From: Candidatus Nealsonbacteria bacterium | Lineage (GTDB): Bacteria; Patescibacteriota; Minisyncoccia; Minisyncoccales; JANBVM01 | Length of the DNA stretch: 64,000 nucleotides | Reading direction: 5' to 3' | Assembly (NCBI GenBank): GCA_047456295.1 | Contig: CP179887.1 | Coordinates: 495,159 to 559,158 of the forward strand | Shown: piece by piece, positions 26,733 through 35,095 of the stretch | Layout of the letters: each line of letters opens with the position of its first letter | How positions within the stretch are numbered: the stretch's first letter is position 1 | Program-made: the position numbers and the translations under genes | Notes under the pieces: generated by a model | The model's database searches: none | Seen by the model: only the letters and a program-made list of their open reading frames with translations | What the model was told of the DNA's origin: nothing

Positions 26733-28514
26733 CTAAATTGGCGCCCATCCGACAATCAAGGTCCCAGGGCCTGCAGCAGAAAATAGAGGAGGATTCAAAG
26801 AGATAAAAGGAATTTCAACCTTTATTTTCCCTTTCAACATTTTCTTTAATTTGTTGGCTGTTTGTAAATTATCGGAATGGTTAATTATGACCCTGATTTT
26901 TTTACCCTGTTTTCTTGCTCTTTTACTTTCTTTTAAAATTTTCTTCAATAAGGCTTCAGCCTTATCCTGAGCAAAGACTACCCCCCCCTTTCCAATTACT
27001 CCATTTTTTAATTCCATTATGGGATGAAATTTTAATTTTTTCATTCTCCTTATCCAGTTGGCCTGACTCTCAGTGATTTTACCAGAAGCCTCTATCCATT
27101 TGGGATCTTCAAAAACAAGATAAAGATGAGTTTTAGATATTTCTTTTTTAAGCTCTTTAATGATCTCATTAATTTCTCTTTGTTCTTGAATTAATTCAAT
27201 TGCCCTCAAGACTAAAAGTGCCTCACCGGCAGCCCCGCTTAAAGAATCAAGGATAAATATGCTTTTTGGTTTCTGAATCATTGTTTGGGCTTGTTTGGCT
27301 GAGTCATAGCATCCTGAAACCTTAGAAGACACGGTAATACACAAAACCTTGTCAAATTTTTTCAATTGTTTTTTAAAAGCATTGAAATAGGACCCTGGCG
27401 TTGCCTGAGAAGTCTTTGGAAAGATTTTAATTCCTCTTTTGTCTGCTTCTCTTAACTTTTCATAAATATTCTTTCCTGGCAAATCCTTTTCAGGCGGCCA
27501 GTCTAATTTAGCAAAAACCAATTCAATTTGGTATCTCTCAATGATTTTTGGCAAGAGGGTTGATATGTCCTCAGTAACAATTCCTATGGAAATCTTTCTA
27601 ACCGATTCCTCTCCTACCACTTCTTTTGCCATATCTTCAATTCTTAAACTTTGAATTTGACCTGTCTGTCTGAGAACATTCTTTACTTCGTCTGGATAAT
27701 CAGTATGGATGTGAATTTTCATTTTATTTCCGCCCTGGACAATATCTATGGAGTTTCCCAGTTTTCTTAATTTTTCTTGAAGTGCTCGTGCCTCAATCTT
27801 GGGATTTTCTATTAATGAAACAACTTCATAGCGGTTTGAAAGCAGCTGAACAAATCTTTTTATCTTTTTTGAAGCTTTTTCTTCTTTTTTCGCTTTAGCC
27901 TGTTTCCTGCCCTTTAAGGAATCCAGATAACTTTCTAAAATAATTAAAAAACCCAATCCTCCGGCATCAACAACATTAGCTTTCTTAAAGATTTCCATTT
28001 TCTCCCTGGTTTCCAGTAGAGCCTCGCTTGCCTTTTTTTCAGCTTTTTTGAAAACCCCAATAATATCCTTTTCCTTTTCTGCCTCTTGTTTGAATACCGA
28101 GGCTGCAGCTTCAATTACATCTAATATTGTTCCTTCTTTGGGGTCTTGGATGCTTTCCCTGGCTCTTTCTGCTCCTTTTTCAAAAGCCAAGGCTATTTTT
28201 TTGATGTCAACTGGTTCTTTATTCAGTTCAGGCAAAAAACCAGCTAAAAAACCGGTATATATTACACCGGCATTTCCCTGGGCGCAGGTTAAGGCTCCAT
28301 CTAAAATAACCTCTGAAATCTCTTTTAAATCTTTAAACTCTTTTCCTTGAATTGCCTCTTTTATTCCCAGTAAGGTTTTTGTAAGATTGTTTCCCGTATC
28401 CTGGTCTGGTACTGGAAAAATATTGATTTTGTTGATTTCTTCTTTTTCTCTTTCTATTCTTTCATGGGAAAGGAGCATCATTTCCTTCAACTCTTTTTGA
28501 GTTAGGTATTGCAT
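26733..28514 (-). CDS. DAK2/DhaL-domain protein fused to a DegV-like fatty-acid-binding domain (fatty acid kinase-like)
   Basis: The N-terminal part has PVPDQDTGNNLTKTL (DAK2 motif). The C-terminal about 280 aa have ISIGIVTEDISTL, PKTSQATPGSYFNAF and ITVSSKVSGCYDSAKQA (DegV motifs). Confidence 0.75.
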   Translation of the reverse strand: MQYLTQKELKEMMLLSHERIEREKEEINKINIFPVPDQDTGNNLTKTLLGIKEAIQGKEFKDLKEISEVILDGALTCAQGNAGVIYTGFLAGFLPELNKEPVDIKKIALAFEKGAERARESIQDPKEGTILDVIEAAASVFKQEAEKEKDIIGVFKKAEKKASEALLETREKMEIFKKANVVDAGGLGFLIILESYLDSLKGRKQAKAKKEEKASKKIKRFVQLLSNRYEVVSLIENPKIEARALQEKLRKLGNSIDIVQGGNKMKIHIHTDYPDEVKNVLRQTGQIQSLRIEDMAKEVVGEESVRKISIGIVTEDISTLLPKIIERYQIELVFAKLDWPPEKDLPGKNIYEKLREADKRGIKIFPKTSQATPGSYFNAFKKQLKKFDKVLCITVSSKVSGCYDSAKQAQTMIQKPKSIFILDSLSGAAGEALLVLRAIELIQEQREINEIIKELKKEISKTHLYLVFEDPKWIEASGKITESQANWIRRMKKLKFHPIMELKNGVIGKGGVVFAQDKAEALLKKILKESKRARKQGKKIRVIINHSDNLQTANKLKKMLKGKIKVEIPFISLNPPLFSAAGPGTLIVGWAPI

Positions 28515-28517
28515 GAA

Positions 28518-29171
28518 TTATTTAAATTTTTCTTCCAACTCCTTCAAGATTCTAGATGCCAGGTCTTTTCCTCCCAGACCAAAGGCAATGCCCAGAGCAA
28601 TGGAAATAGTAGCTACCATACCAAAGAATATAGCTAATATCAAGGGAGGAGTAATTCTCAGCTGATACAAGATAGCTAAGATGGCAAAAAACCAGATTAT
28701 CCAGTAGATTGACCTTCCTAGAAACCTGGAATAAGTTATCTTTTCCTCTTCCAATGTTCCTACCACAAGCTTTTTGGAAAAATCAGCTAAGAACGCAGAA
28801 ACCACAAAGATTAAAGCAGAAATAAAGATATTGGGAAAGTAAACAATCACCTCTCGTAAGAACTGACTGAGCTGGTTTAAACCCAGTATATCTGAACATG
28901 TCATCAGAAAAATAGTAATCACAAACCATTTAACTATTTTACCAAAGAATCTGGAGGCATTAAGCTTGATGTTGGTTTTTAACAAAGCTTCTGTCAGACC
29001 TATTCTTCTTAATAACTGATTTAATCTAATCTTATTCAAGAAAGCAACAGAAAGACCTTCTGCTGATTTTGAGACAATGATGCCCAAAAGGAAAAACAGG
29101 CTTGCCCAGAAAATTGAAGGCGATATTTGGGTTAAATTTGTCCAAACAAGGTTAATGGTTTCTTGAAACAT
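28518..29171 (-). CDS. Polytopic membrane protein (conserved-TM-helix repeat, MscS-N-terminal-like)
   Basis: 217 aa with 4-5 hydrophobic helices. Family assignment is weak. Confidence 0.45.
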   Translation of the reverse strand: MFQETINLVWTNLTQISPSIFWASLFFLLGIIVSKSAEGLSVAFLNKIRLNQLLRRIGLTEALLKTNIKLNASRFFGKIVKWFVITIFLMTCSDILGLNQLSQFLREVIVYFPNIFISALIFVVSAFLADFSKKLVVGTLEEEKITYSRFLGRSIYWIIWFFAILAILYQLRITPPLILAIFFGMVATISIALGIAFGLGGKDLASRILKELEEKFK

Positions 29172-29182
29172 ATTCTATTATT

Positions 29183-29737
29183 CTACCATCTTGCCTGATG
29201 GAGATTCAAGTGATAGCCGAGACGATTAATTAATATATGTAAAAAAAAGGTTAAAGCAAAGATGGTTAACCATACCAGAATATCAATTTGAAAAAAGGGT
29301 GTCAAGAAGACTAAACTTCCTATAACATAGTTAATCTGGTCAAAAGGCAAGAATCTGGCTCCTGGTTTCAATCTCAACCTTCTTTTTAAAAAAGCAAAGA
29401 AAAGATCGCCAAAGACAGCTCCCCCGGAAATCAAAAATCCAAAGAATAAAATATTGTTTTTTTCATAATTAAACAAAGAGATTCCTTGAATTAAAGAGAA
29501 TTGATAAAGCCAGGCCTGGAAATAACAGATTAAGATTCCCATTACTATTCCCAGGACAGCTCCCCTCCATGTTTTATGGGAGCCTAAGATAGGTTTTCCT
29601 CCAAGCTTTTTATTAGAGTCAATGGGTTTGTCTAGAAAAAGAAAAAGCCCCATCTTTTTAGCCAGAGGAGGAACCATATTGGTAAAGTAAGCTGGAAGAA
29701 AGAAATAAAGACAGGAGATAATGAATTGAAAGCTCAT
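29183..29737 (-). CDS. CarS-like (DUF46) CDP-archaeol synthase family membrane cytidylyltransferase
   Basis: 184 aa with FLPAYFTNMVPPLA, PIDSNKKLGGKPILGSHKTWRGAVLG and GDLFFAFLKRRLRLKPGARFLPFDQINYVIGS, matching CarS family blocks. Confidence 0.7.
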   Translation of the reverse strand: MSFQFIISCLYFFLPAYFTNMVPPLAKKMGLFLFLDKPIDSNKKLGGKPILGSHKTWRGAVLGIVMGILICYFQAWLYQFSLIQGISLFNYEKNNILFFGFLISGGAVFGDLFFAFLKRRLRLKPGARFLPFDQINYVIGSLVFLTPFFQIDILVWLTIFALTFFLHILINRLGYHLNLHQARW

Positions 29738-29759
29738 AATATTATGTTAGAATAGTAAA

Positions 29760-30428
29760 ATGATATGCGACCTCCATGTTCATACTTATTATTCTTATGA
29801 TAGCACCTCTTTACCTGAACAAATAATTGAAAGGGCAATTCAAAAAGGCGTTGATTGTCTTGCCATTACCGACCATAATGAGATAAAGGGAGCTATTGAG
29901 ACAGCAAGGTATGCTTTGGATAAATCAATCTTAATTATACCAGGAATTGAAGTTAAAAGCAGGGAAGGAGATATTTTAGGTTTAAATGTCAAGGAAGTAA
30001 TCCCAGACAGATTATCAGCAAGAGAAACCATAAAAAGAATTAAGAAGCAAGGAGGGGTGGCAATTATTCCTCATCCCTTTGCCACATTCTATGCTTTTAA
30101 AGGAAACTTGGAAGATTTTTTAGATGATATTGATGGTATTGAAGTGTTGAATGCTTCCATTTCCCCTTCAGAGAACAAAAAAGCCCTGGATTTTGCCATA
30201 AAAAACAATCTTTGTTTTACAGCAGGTTCAGATGCTCATTTCCCTGATTTCATCGGGAGGACTTATCTCGAGATTCCTGGAGAAAATCTATCTGTTGAAC
30301 AGGTCTTGGAGGCAATAAAAAACAAAAATGTTAAACTTGGAGGTAAAGAAACAAGTTTTTTTGAAAAAGTAATTGACCACACAAAAAGGAATATTGCCAA
30401 ATTAAGAATGCTTAAACCAAGAATTTAA
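29760..30428 (+). CDS. PHP domain metal-dependent phosphoesterase
   Basis: The N-terminal CDLHVHTYYSYDS, plus ITDHN and GSDAH motifs. Confidence 0.85.
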   Translation: MICDLHVHTYYSYDSTSLPEQIIERAIQKGVDCLAITDHNEIKGAIETARYALDKSILIIPGIEVKSREGDILGLNVKEVIPDRLSARETIKRIKKQGGVAIIPHPFATFYAFKGNLEDFLDDIDGIEVLNASISPSENKKALDFAIKNNLCFTAGSDAHFPDFIGRTYLEIPGENLSVEQVLEAIKNKNVKLGGKETSFFEKVIDHTKRNIAKLRMLKPRI

Positions 30429-30436
30429 ACATTTCT

Positions 30437-31036
30437 ATGTTAGCTGAAAAAAAAGAGAAATTTAAGAGGATTGAGATCAAAATAGGAAGGTTTTTTTCAA
30501 AACTGGATTGGAACCCAGATTATTATACTTTACTTTCTCTTTTTTTCGTCATTTTTTCTTTCTATTTTTTAACCAGGATAAACTTAATCTTAGCTTTAAT
30601 TTTTTTCCTTTTTGCTGTTTTTTTAGACTTGGTTGATGGAGCAGTAGCAAGAATAACCAACAGGGCAACAAAAAAAGGAGCATATCTTGATACTATCTGT
30701 GACCGTTATGTTGAGGGGATTATCTTGTTTGGCTTCTTTTTTTTACCCTTACCCTATGTTGTTTTTCCTCCTAAGACATGGATTTTCATTGCTTTTTTTG
30801 GTTCTTTAATGACCACCTATGCAAAGGCAGCGGCTAAAGAAAAAGGATTGGTAATCAGTGAGTTAAAAAAAGGTTTTTTTGGCAGAGCAGAAAGAATGAT
30901 TATGATTTGTCTGGCAATGATTTTGGGAATCTTTAATCTTTCCTTGGCAATCTATCCCATAATAATCCTGGCTGTTTTTTCCAATATGACTGCTTTCCAA
31001 CGAATATTTTTATCTCTCAATCCAGAAAAGGATTAA
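30437..31036 (+). CDS. CDP-alcohol phosphatidyltransferase family protein
   Basis: DLVDGAVARITNRATKKGAYLDTICDR matches D-G-x2-A-R-x8-G-x3-D-x3-D. Polytopic. Confidence 0.85.
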   Translation: MLAEKKEKFKRIEIKIGRFFSKLDWNPDYYTLLSLFFVIFSFYFLTRINLILALIFFLFAVFLDLVDGAVARITNRATKKGAYLDTICDRYVEGIILFGFFFLPLPYVVFPPKTWIFIAFFGSLMTTYAKAAAKEKGLVISELKKGFFGRAERMIMICLAMILGIFNLSLAIYPIIILAVFSNMTAFQRIFLSLNPEKD

Positions 31037-31071
31037 GCTTTAAACAATAAGACTCTAAATTTTCATTCCTG

Positions 31072-31142
31072 TGGACCCAATGGGAATTGAACCCATATTT
31101 CTGCAATGCGAATGCAGTGCTCTACCGTTGAGCTATAGGCCC
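31072..31142 (-). tRNA. tRNA-Ala (anticodon CGC), no encoded CCA
   Basis: Acceptor gggccta/tgggtcc with G3:U70, anticodon stem ctgca/tgcag, loop ttCGCat. The 5' end overlaps the stop of the HAD gene by 10 nt. Confidence 0.9.
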
Positions 31143-31771
31143 GGTAAAATGTTTTTTAATTCTTTTAAAGAATTAATCTTGAGCCCTGGATAATCTTGGA
31201 ATTTATTTTGTCTATCAATCAATACAGGCTTTATTTTTAAATCTTTAGCTGGCATTAAATCCCTTTCTATGTCATCTCCCACCATGATGGTTTGTTTAGG
31301 TTTTACCTTTAATTTTTTTAGAACCGATAAAAAGGTCTTTGGGTCAGGCTTTAAAAAACCTGTTTCTTTTGGAGTAAAAATCTTACTAAATCTTTGAACA
31401 GGCTCTAAATTTTCAATAAGGAATCTAGCGCTATTGGTTAAAATCACCTTTTTAAAAGGTAAGTTTAAAACCTCTTTTACATCATCATAAAACTCAAAAA
31501 TAATTTTTTCTTTCAAAAAATCAGCAAAGGAAACAATCTTTTCTTTTTTTGGGTTTTCAACAAATTCTTTGAAAATCTGTTTGCTAAAGTCTATCCAGTC
31601 TTTTGAAAAACACATTAACCTGGAAAATATGGAGGAAAAGTGCTTTATTTCTTTTTCAGTCTTTATTTTAAAACCAAACCTAGCTAGAGAAGAATAAAAT
31701 TCTTTTAAGTCTGTCATGGGGAAGAAAGCCAATGTTCCCCAAAAATCAAATATGATTACTTTTGGTTTCAT
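31133..31771 (-). CDS. HAD-superfamily hydrolase
   Basis: VIIFDFWGTL (motif I), LTNS and GDDIERD (motif IV). I chose the ATG at 31771 (MKPKVIIFDF) because the track start at 31792 lies inside tRNA-Pro. Confidence 0.8.
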   Translation of the reverse strand: MKPKVIIFDFWGTLAFFPMTDLKEFYSSLARFGFKIKTEKEIKHFSSIFSRLMCFSKDWIDFSKQIFKEFVENPKKEKIVSFADFLKEKIIFEFYDDVKEVLNLPFKKVILTNSARFLIENLEPVQRFSKIFTPKETGFLKPDPKTFLSVLKKLKVKPKQTIMVGDDIERDLMPAKDLKIKPVLIDRQNKFQDYPGLKINSLKELKNILPGL

Positions 31772-31842
31772 TCGGGGCACTGGGAATTGCACCCAGGTTA
31801 CAGGCTCCCGATGCCCGCGTACTACTGTTATACTATGCCCCG
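31772..31842 (-). tRNA. tRNA-Pro (anticodon CGG), no encoded CCA
   Basis: Acceptor cggggca/tgccccg, anticodon stem cgggc/gcctg, loop atCGGga. It abuts the HAD start codon with 0-nt spacing. Confidence 0.9.
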
Positions 31843-31859
31843 TTAAAGAAGAATCACTT

Positions 31860-33332
31860 TTAGGTAACCCAATACTTCTTTTTTGTCATCTGGTCTCTTT
31901 TCATTTCAATACCCCTTCTTTCTTTTCTTGTTTGTTGGGCCAGGGAAGCTAATTCTTTTTCATTTGTTTTTCCCAGTTTTTCTATTTCTTTTTTTAAAAC
32001 TTCTTTTTTGTTCTTTTTAGGGTCTTTTAAAACATAACCCAAAAGAATGTCTAAAACCTGTCCTACCCTTGGCCCTGATTTTATTTTTAAAATCCTCATT
32101 ACATCTTTCCCGTTAACCTCAAGCATCTTGGTTGAAATAGGATCCTGGGAAACCTTTTCAATAACATATCTTAGATGACGGAGCTTATATGGTTCAGCCT
32201 TTGGCACGCCTGAACCAATCCTGTCTGACATTCTGACCTGCAGCAATTCTTCTGTATTTTCCGGTCCCACCTGGCGGACCAGTCTCCTGACAGAACTTTC
32301 ACCCACCTCTTCTGGGTTATAATAAAAAAGATGATACCTGACAAGCTTGGCAATTTTTTCAATGTCTTTTTTGGGAAACTTTAACCGATTAAGAATCTGA
32401 AGCGTCATTTTAGCCCCAATTACTTCATGACCGTAAAAAGTGGCATCTTTTCCTTCTCCTCTTTTTGATCTTGGTTTTCCCACATCATGAAGCAGGGATG
32501 CCAATCTAACATATTTATTAAACTTTTTTTTAGCTGCATAAGCCAGAGAGCGTAAAGAATGTTCATAACAATCATATATATGATGCTTGTTCTGACTGAT
32601 GCCGTAACCTTCTTCTATTTCAGGAATAATATATCTTAACAAACCCAGTGTTCTTAATAGCTCAATACCTTCTGCTGCTCTTTCTGCTATGATAATTTTC
32701 ATAAATTCATCTCTGACTCTTTCTTTGGAAATAGCCTGCAGCCAGATTGAATTATTCTTAATGGCTTTGGATGTTTTTTGTTCGATTTTCCAGCCCTTGC
32801 CCAAAACTATGGCAAACCTTACTCCCCTCATCATTCTTAAAGAGTCTTCTGAAAATCTTTCCTCTGGATTTCCTACAGCTCGGATTGTTTTGTTTTTTAA
32901 ATCTTTCTGACCTCTAAAAGGATCAATAATTATTTCTTGTTTTTTCTTATCTGTAGTTATATCAAGGGCCATTGCATTGACCGTAAAATCCCTTCTGGCT
33001 AAATCCTCTTTGATGGTCTTTGCAAATTTAACTTCGCTGGGATGACGTTTGTCAGTGTATTTTGTTTCCAGACGGTAAGTGGTAATCTCAATTTCTTTTA
33101 ATTTAGGATCTTTACTGTCTGTTTGAACGGTTACTGTCAGGAATTTATTTTTATAAAAACTATTGGGAAATATTTCCTGGATTTCTTCTGGCTTGGCATT
33201 TGTTGTTATATCCCAGTCTTCAGGTTCCACATCCCTTAAAAAATCCCTAACACAGCCTCCAACAATATAGGCTTCAAAGTTTTTTTTCTTTAATTCATCA
33301 ATAACAGCTTTTACTTGCTTTGGAATGTCCAT
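31860..33332 (-). CDS. cca: CCA-adding tRNA nucleotidyltransferase with HD domain
   Basis: 490 aa with YIVGGCVRDFLRD..DWDITT, RRDFTVNA and an HD region LLHDVGKP. Confidence 0.9.
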   Translation of the reverse strand: MDIPKQVKAVIDELKKKNFEAYIVGGCVRDFLRDVEPEDWDITTNAKPEEIQEIFPNSFYKNKFLTVTVQTDSKDPKLKEIEITTYRLETKYTDKRHPSEVKFAKTIKEDLARRDFTVNAMALDITTDKKKQEIIIDPFRGQKDLKNKTIRAVGNPEERFSEDSLRMMRGVRFAIVLGKGWKIEQKTSKAIKNNSIWLQAISKERVRDEFMKIIIAERAAEGIELLRTLGLLRYIIPEIEEGYGISQNKHHIYDCYEHSLRSLAYAAKKKFNKYVRLASLLHDVGKPRSKRGEGKDATFYGHEVIGAKMTLQILNRLKFPKKDIEKIAKLVRYHLFYYNPEEVGESSVRRLVRQVGPENTEELLQVRMSDRIGSGVPKAEPYKLRHLRYVIEKVSQDPISTKMLEVNGKDVMRILKIKSGPRVGQVLDILLGYVLKDPKKNKKEVLKKEIEKLGKTNEKELASLAQQTRKERRGIEMKRDQMTKKKYWVT

Positions 33333-33388
33333 ATCTAAATTTTAGTTTAAAACCTTGTTTTTTTCAATTGTTTTGATAAAATTAAGAA

Positions 33389-33461
33389 GCCCCCGTGGTC
33401 TAATGGATATGGCGCTGCGCTTCGGACGCAGAAATTGTGGGTTCGACTCCTGCCGGGGGCA
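33389..33461 (+). tRNA. tRNA-Arg (anticodon TCG), no encoded CCA
   Basis: Acceptor gcccccg/cgggggc, anticodon stem ctgcg/cgcag, loop ctTCGga, T loop ttcgact. The D stem has only 3 good pairs. Confidence 0.85.
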
Positions 33462-33490
33462 CTGAATCGTTCTTTTTAAGAATGATTTAG

Positions 33491-33519
33491 TTGATAATTA
33501 TTGGTTAATAATTTACAAT
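33491..33519 (+). promoter_or_regulatory. Sigma70-like promoter; predicted (near-)leaderless transcript for the 33527 gene
   Basis: TTGATA, a 17-nt spacer, then TACAAT. The ATG lies 8 nt after the -10 element. Confidence 0.4.
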
Positions 33520-33526
33520 AAAACTG

Positions 33527-33931
33527 ATGAACAAAATACCTTTTATAACCTTTTTAATGGTTTTGTCCTTGTTTTTATTTCCTTTTCAGACCCAGGCTAT
33601 TTGTGAGGGTCAAATAGTTCCTTGTGGTGGTTCTGGTAATCCCTGCACGTTTTGTCATATCTTTGTTCTTTTAAACAATATCCTTAGTTTTATCTTGACC
33701 TGTTTAGCTCCTATTATATCAGGGTTGATGTTAATGATTGGTGGCTTTTATTTTTTAGCTGCAGGACCAAGTCCTGAAAAGGTAACTCAGGCAAAATCGA
33801 TTTTAACTGCAACTATAATAGGCTTAGTAATCATTCTTGCTTCTTGGGTATTCTTAAATACCTTTTTAACCGGTATTGGGGTAGCTGAATGGACAGGTTT
33901 GGGAACCTGGTGGAAGATTCAATGTCCCTGA
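33527..33931 (+). CDS. Small Cys-containing secreted protein with TrbC/VirB2-like (T4SS-pilin-like) two-helix module
   Basis: The signal peptide is followed by AICEGQIVPCGGSGNPCTFCHIF, then ISGLMLMIGGFYFLAAGPSPEKVTQAKSILTATIIGLVIILASW. It is a paralog of the 10430, 53066, 53730 and 54242 ORFs. Confidence 0.6.
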   Translation: MNKIPFITFLMVLSLFLFPFQTQAICEGQIVPCGGSGNPCTFCHIFVLLNNILSFILTCLAPIISGLMLMIGGFYFLAAGPSPEKVTQAKSILTATIIGLVIILASWVFLNTFLTGIGVAEWTGLGTWWKIQCP

Positions 33932-34004
33932 GCCCCCATAGCTCAATTGGTAGAGCAGTTGCCTCTTAAGCAATTGGCTTCAGGTTCGAGTCCTGGTGGG
34001 GGCA
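33932..34004 (+). tRNA. tRNA-Lys (anticodon CTT), no encoded CCA
   Basis: Acceptor gccccca/tgggggc, anticodon stem gttgc/gcaat, loop ctCTTaa. It starts the nucleotide after the upstream TGA stop. Confidence 0.9.
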
Positions 34005-34035
34005 CTGTTGTGGTTATATTAATTGGTTCCTTATA

Positions 34036-34065
34036 TTGACATAGTCCACATAAGAAAGATATAAT
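34036..34065 (+). promoter_or_regulatory. Consensus sigma70 promoter for the LAGLIDADG gene (leaderless start predicted)
   Basis: TTGACA, an 18-nt spacer, then TATAAT. The first ATG (34068) is 3 nt after the -10 element and the second ATG (34074) is 9 nt after it. Confidence 0.5.
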
Positions 34066-34073
34066 AAATGTAT

Positions 34074-34523
34074 ATGAACTGGAATTATATAGCCGGATTT
34101 TTTGATGGAGAGGGTACAGTAAGTAAAAGTGGATACAGGCATAGAATTACAGTTACACAAACTAACAAAGAGGTGTTAGAGAAAATTAGATTATTTACTT
34201 GCAGAGGGAGCATTTCTGTTATAAAAAAACGAAAACCTCACTGGAAAGATGCATGGATCTATTATGTTTCTGATCAAAAAGATGTATATTTTTTTCTAAA
34301 TAAAATTATAGATAAATTAATAGTTAAAAAAACTATAGTCTCGAAAGTTCTTCCAAAGATAAAAGATAGAATAAAATATAGAGAGCAGCAAAAAAAGAAG
34401 ATTGTTAAAAGAAAAAAAATAGCTAAAATTTTAAGGAAAAAAGGATTGTCGTATCGACAAATAGGAAAAAAACTAAACATTGACTGGGGGTACGCAAGAA
34501 GGTTAATATTAGACTTAAAATGA
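34074..34523 (+). CDS. Free-standing LAGLIDADG homing endonuclease-like protein with basic C-terminal HTH
   Basis: NWNYIAGFFDGEGTV is a LAGLIDADG motif, and the C-terminal LRKKGLSYRQIGKKLNIDWGYARR is HTH-like. The track start is 34068; 34074 fits the promoter better. Confidence 0.8.
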   Translation: MNWNYIAGFFDGEGTVSKSGYRHRITVTQTNKEVLEKIRLFTCRGSISVIKKRKPHWKDAWIYYVSDQKDVYFFLNKIIDKLIVKKTIVSKVLPKIKDRIKYREQQKKKIVKRKKIAKILRKKGLSYRQIGKKLNIDWGYARRLILDLK

Positions 34524-34524
34524 T

Positions 34525-34599
34525 GGTGGTCGTAGCTTAATGGTAAAGCGCCTCGCTGTGGCCGAGGAGACTGTGCGGGTTCGAGTCCCGTCGACCACC
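34525..34599 (+). tRNA. tRNA-His (anticodon GTG) with genomically encoded G-1
   Basis: G-1 plus acceptor gtggtcg/cgaccac with C73, anticodon stem cctcg/cgagg, loop ctGTGgc. It starts 1 nt after the endonuclease stop. Confidence 0.9.
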
Positions 34600-34620
34600 C
34601 ACGCTTTTTTGAAATTAATT

Positions 34621-34645
34621 ATCCGAGATTTTGTCTCGGATTTTT
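34621..34645 (+). terminator. Rho-independent terminator after tRNA-His
   Basis: atccgaga-ttttg-tctcggat followed by TTTTT. It overlaps a TTGACA -35 element for the next gene. Confidence 0.6.
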
Positions 34646-34708
34646 GACAAAAATTAAAAAATAGCCTATAAGAATAGCTAGTAATTTAAATTAACAGAGG
34701 TGATAAGT

Positions 34709-34894
34709 ATGGTTTATGGTGAACAGTTTGAATATAAGGTGCTTAAGGATTTAGAGTTAACATGTGATGATGTTGAAAAAACGTTAAATGATCTTGGTTT
34801 TCAGGGCTGGGAATTGGTAGGTTTTTCTCCATCATATATACAGGGAGAACATGTTTTTAACTATTCATATGTTTTTAAGAGAAAAAAATGTTAA
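34709..34894 (+). CDS. DUF4177-like small protein
   Basis: FEYKVLKD...LNDLGFQGWELVGF...YVFKRK resembles DUF4177. The ATG at 34709 is preceded by agagg; the track start is GTG 34700. Confidence 0.55.
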   Translation: MVYGEQFEYKVLKDLELTCDDVEKTLNDLGFQGWELVGFSPSYIQGEHVFNYSYVFKRKKC

Positions 34895-35054
34895 TTTTTG
34901 AGATTTCTCTTTATTTTTTAAAATTTTTTAGAGGCAAAATAATAATGCTTCTTTTTTTATTGAAGTGTTTACAAGATAGACTTTATCTTTTCAAGTTGTG
35001 TCTTAGTTTTACTCCAATCAATAGTTCTAAACGCGTCCCTTAGCCCACCCATCA

Positions 35055-35079
35055 AAAAACCGCCTTGTGGGCGGTTTTT
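35055..35079. terminator. Bidirectional rho-independent terminator between convergent genes
   Basis: A perfect 10-bp stem aaaaaccgcc/ggcggttttt with a 5-nt loop, with A/T runs on both sides. Confidence 0.65.
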
Positions 35080-35095
35080 CAGAACAAAGATTCCA

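Noticed and set aside
31716-31952. 78-aa plus-strand ORF
   Set aside because: It crosses the antisense of tRNA-Pro(CGG) and the 3' end of cca, and has no supporting features.
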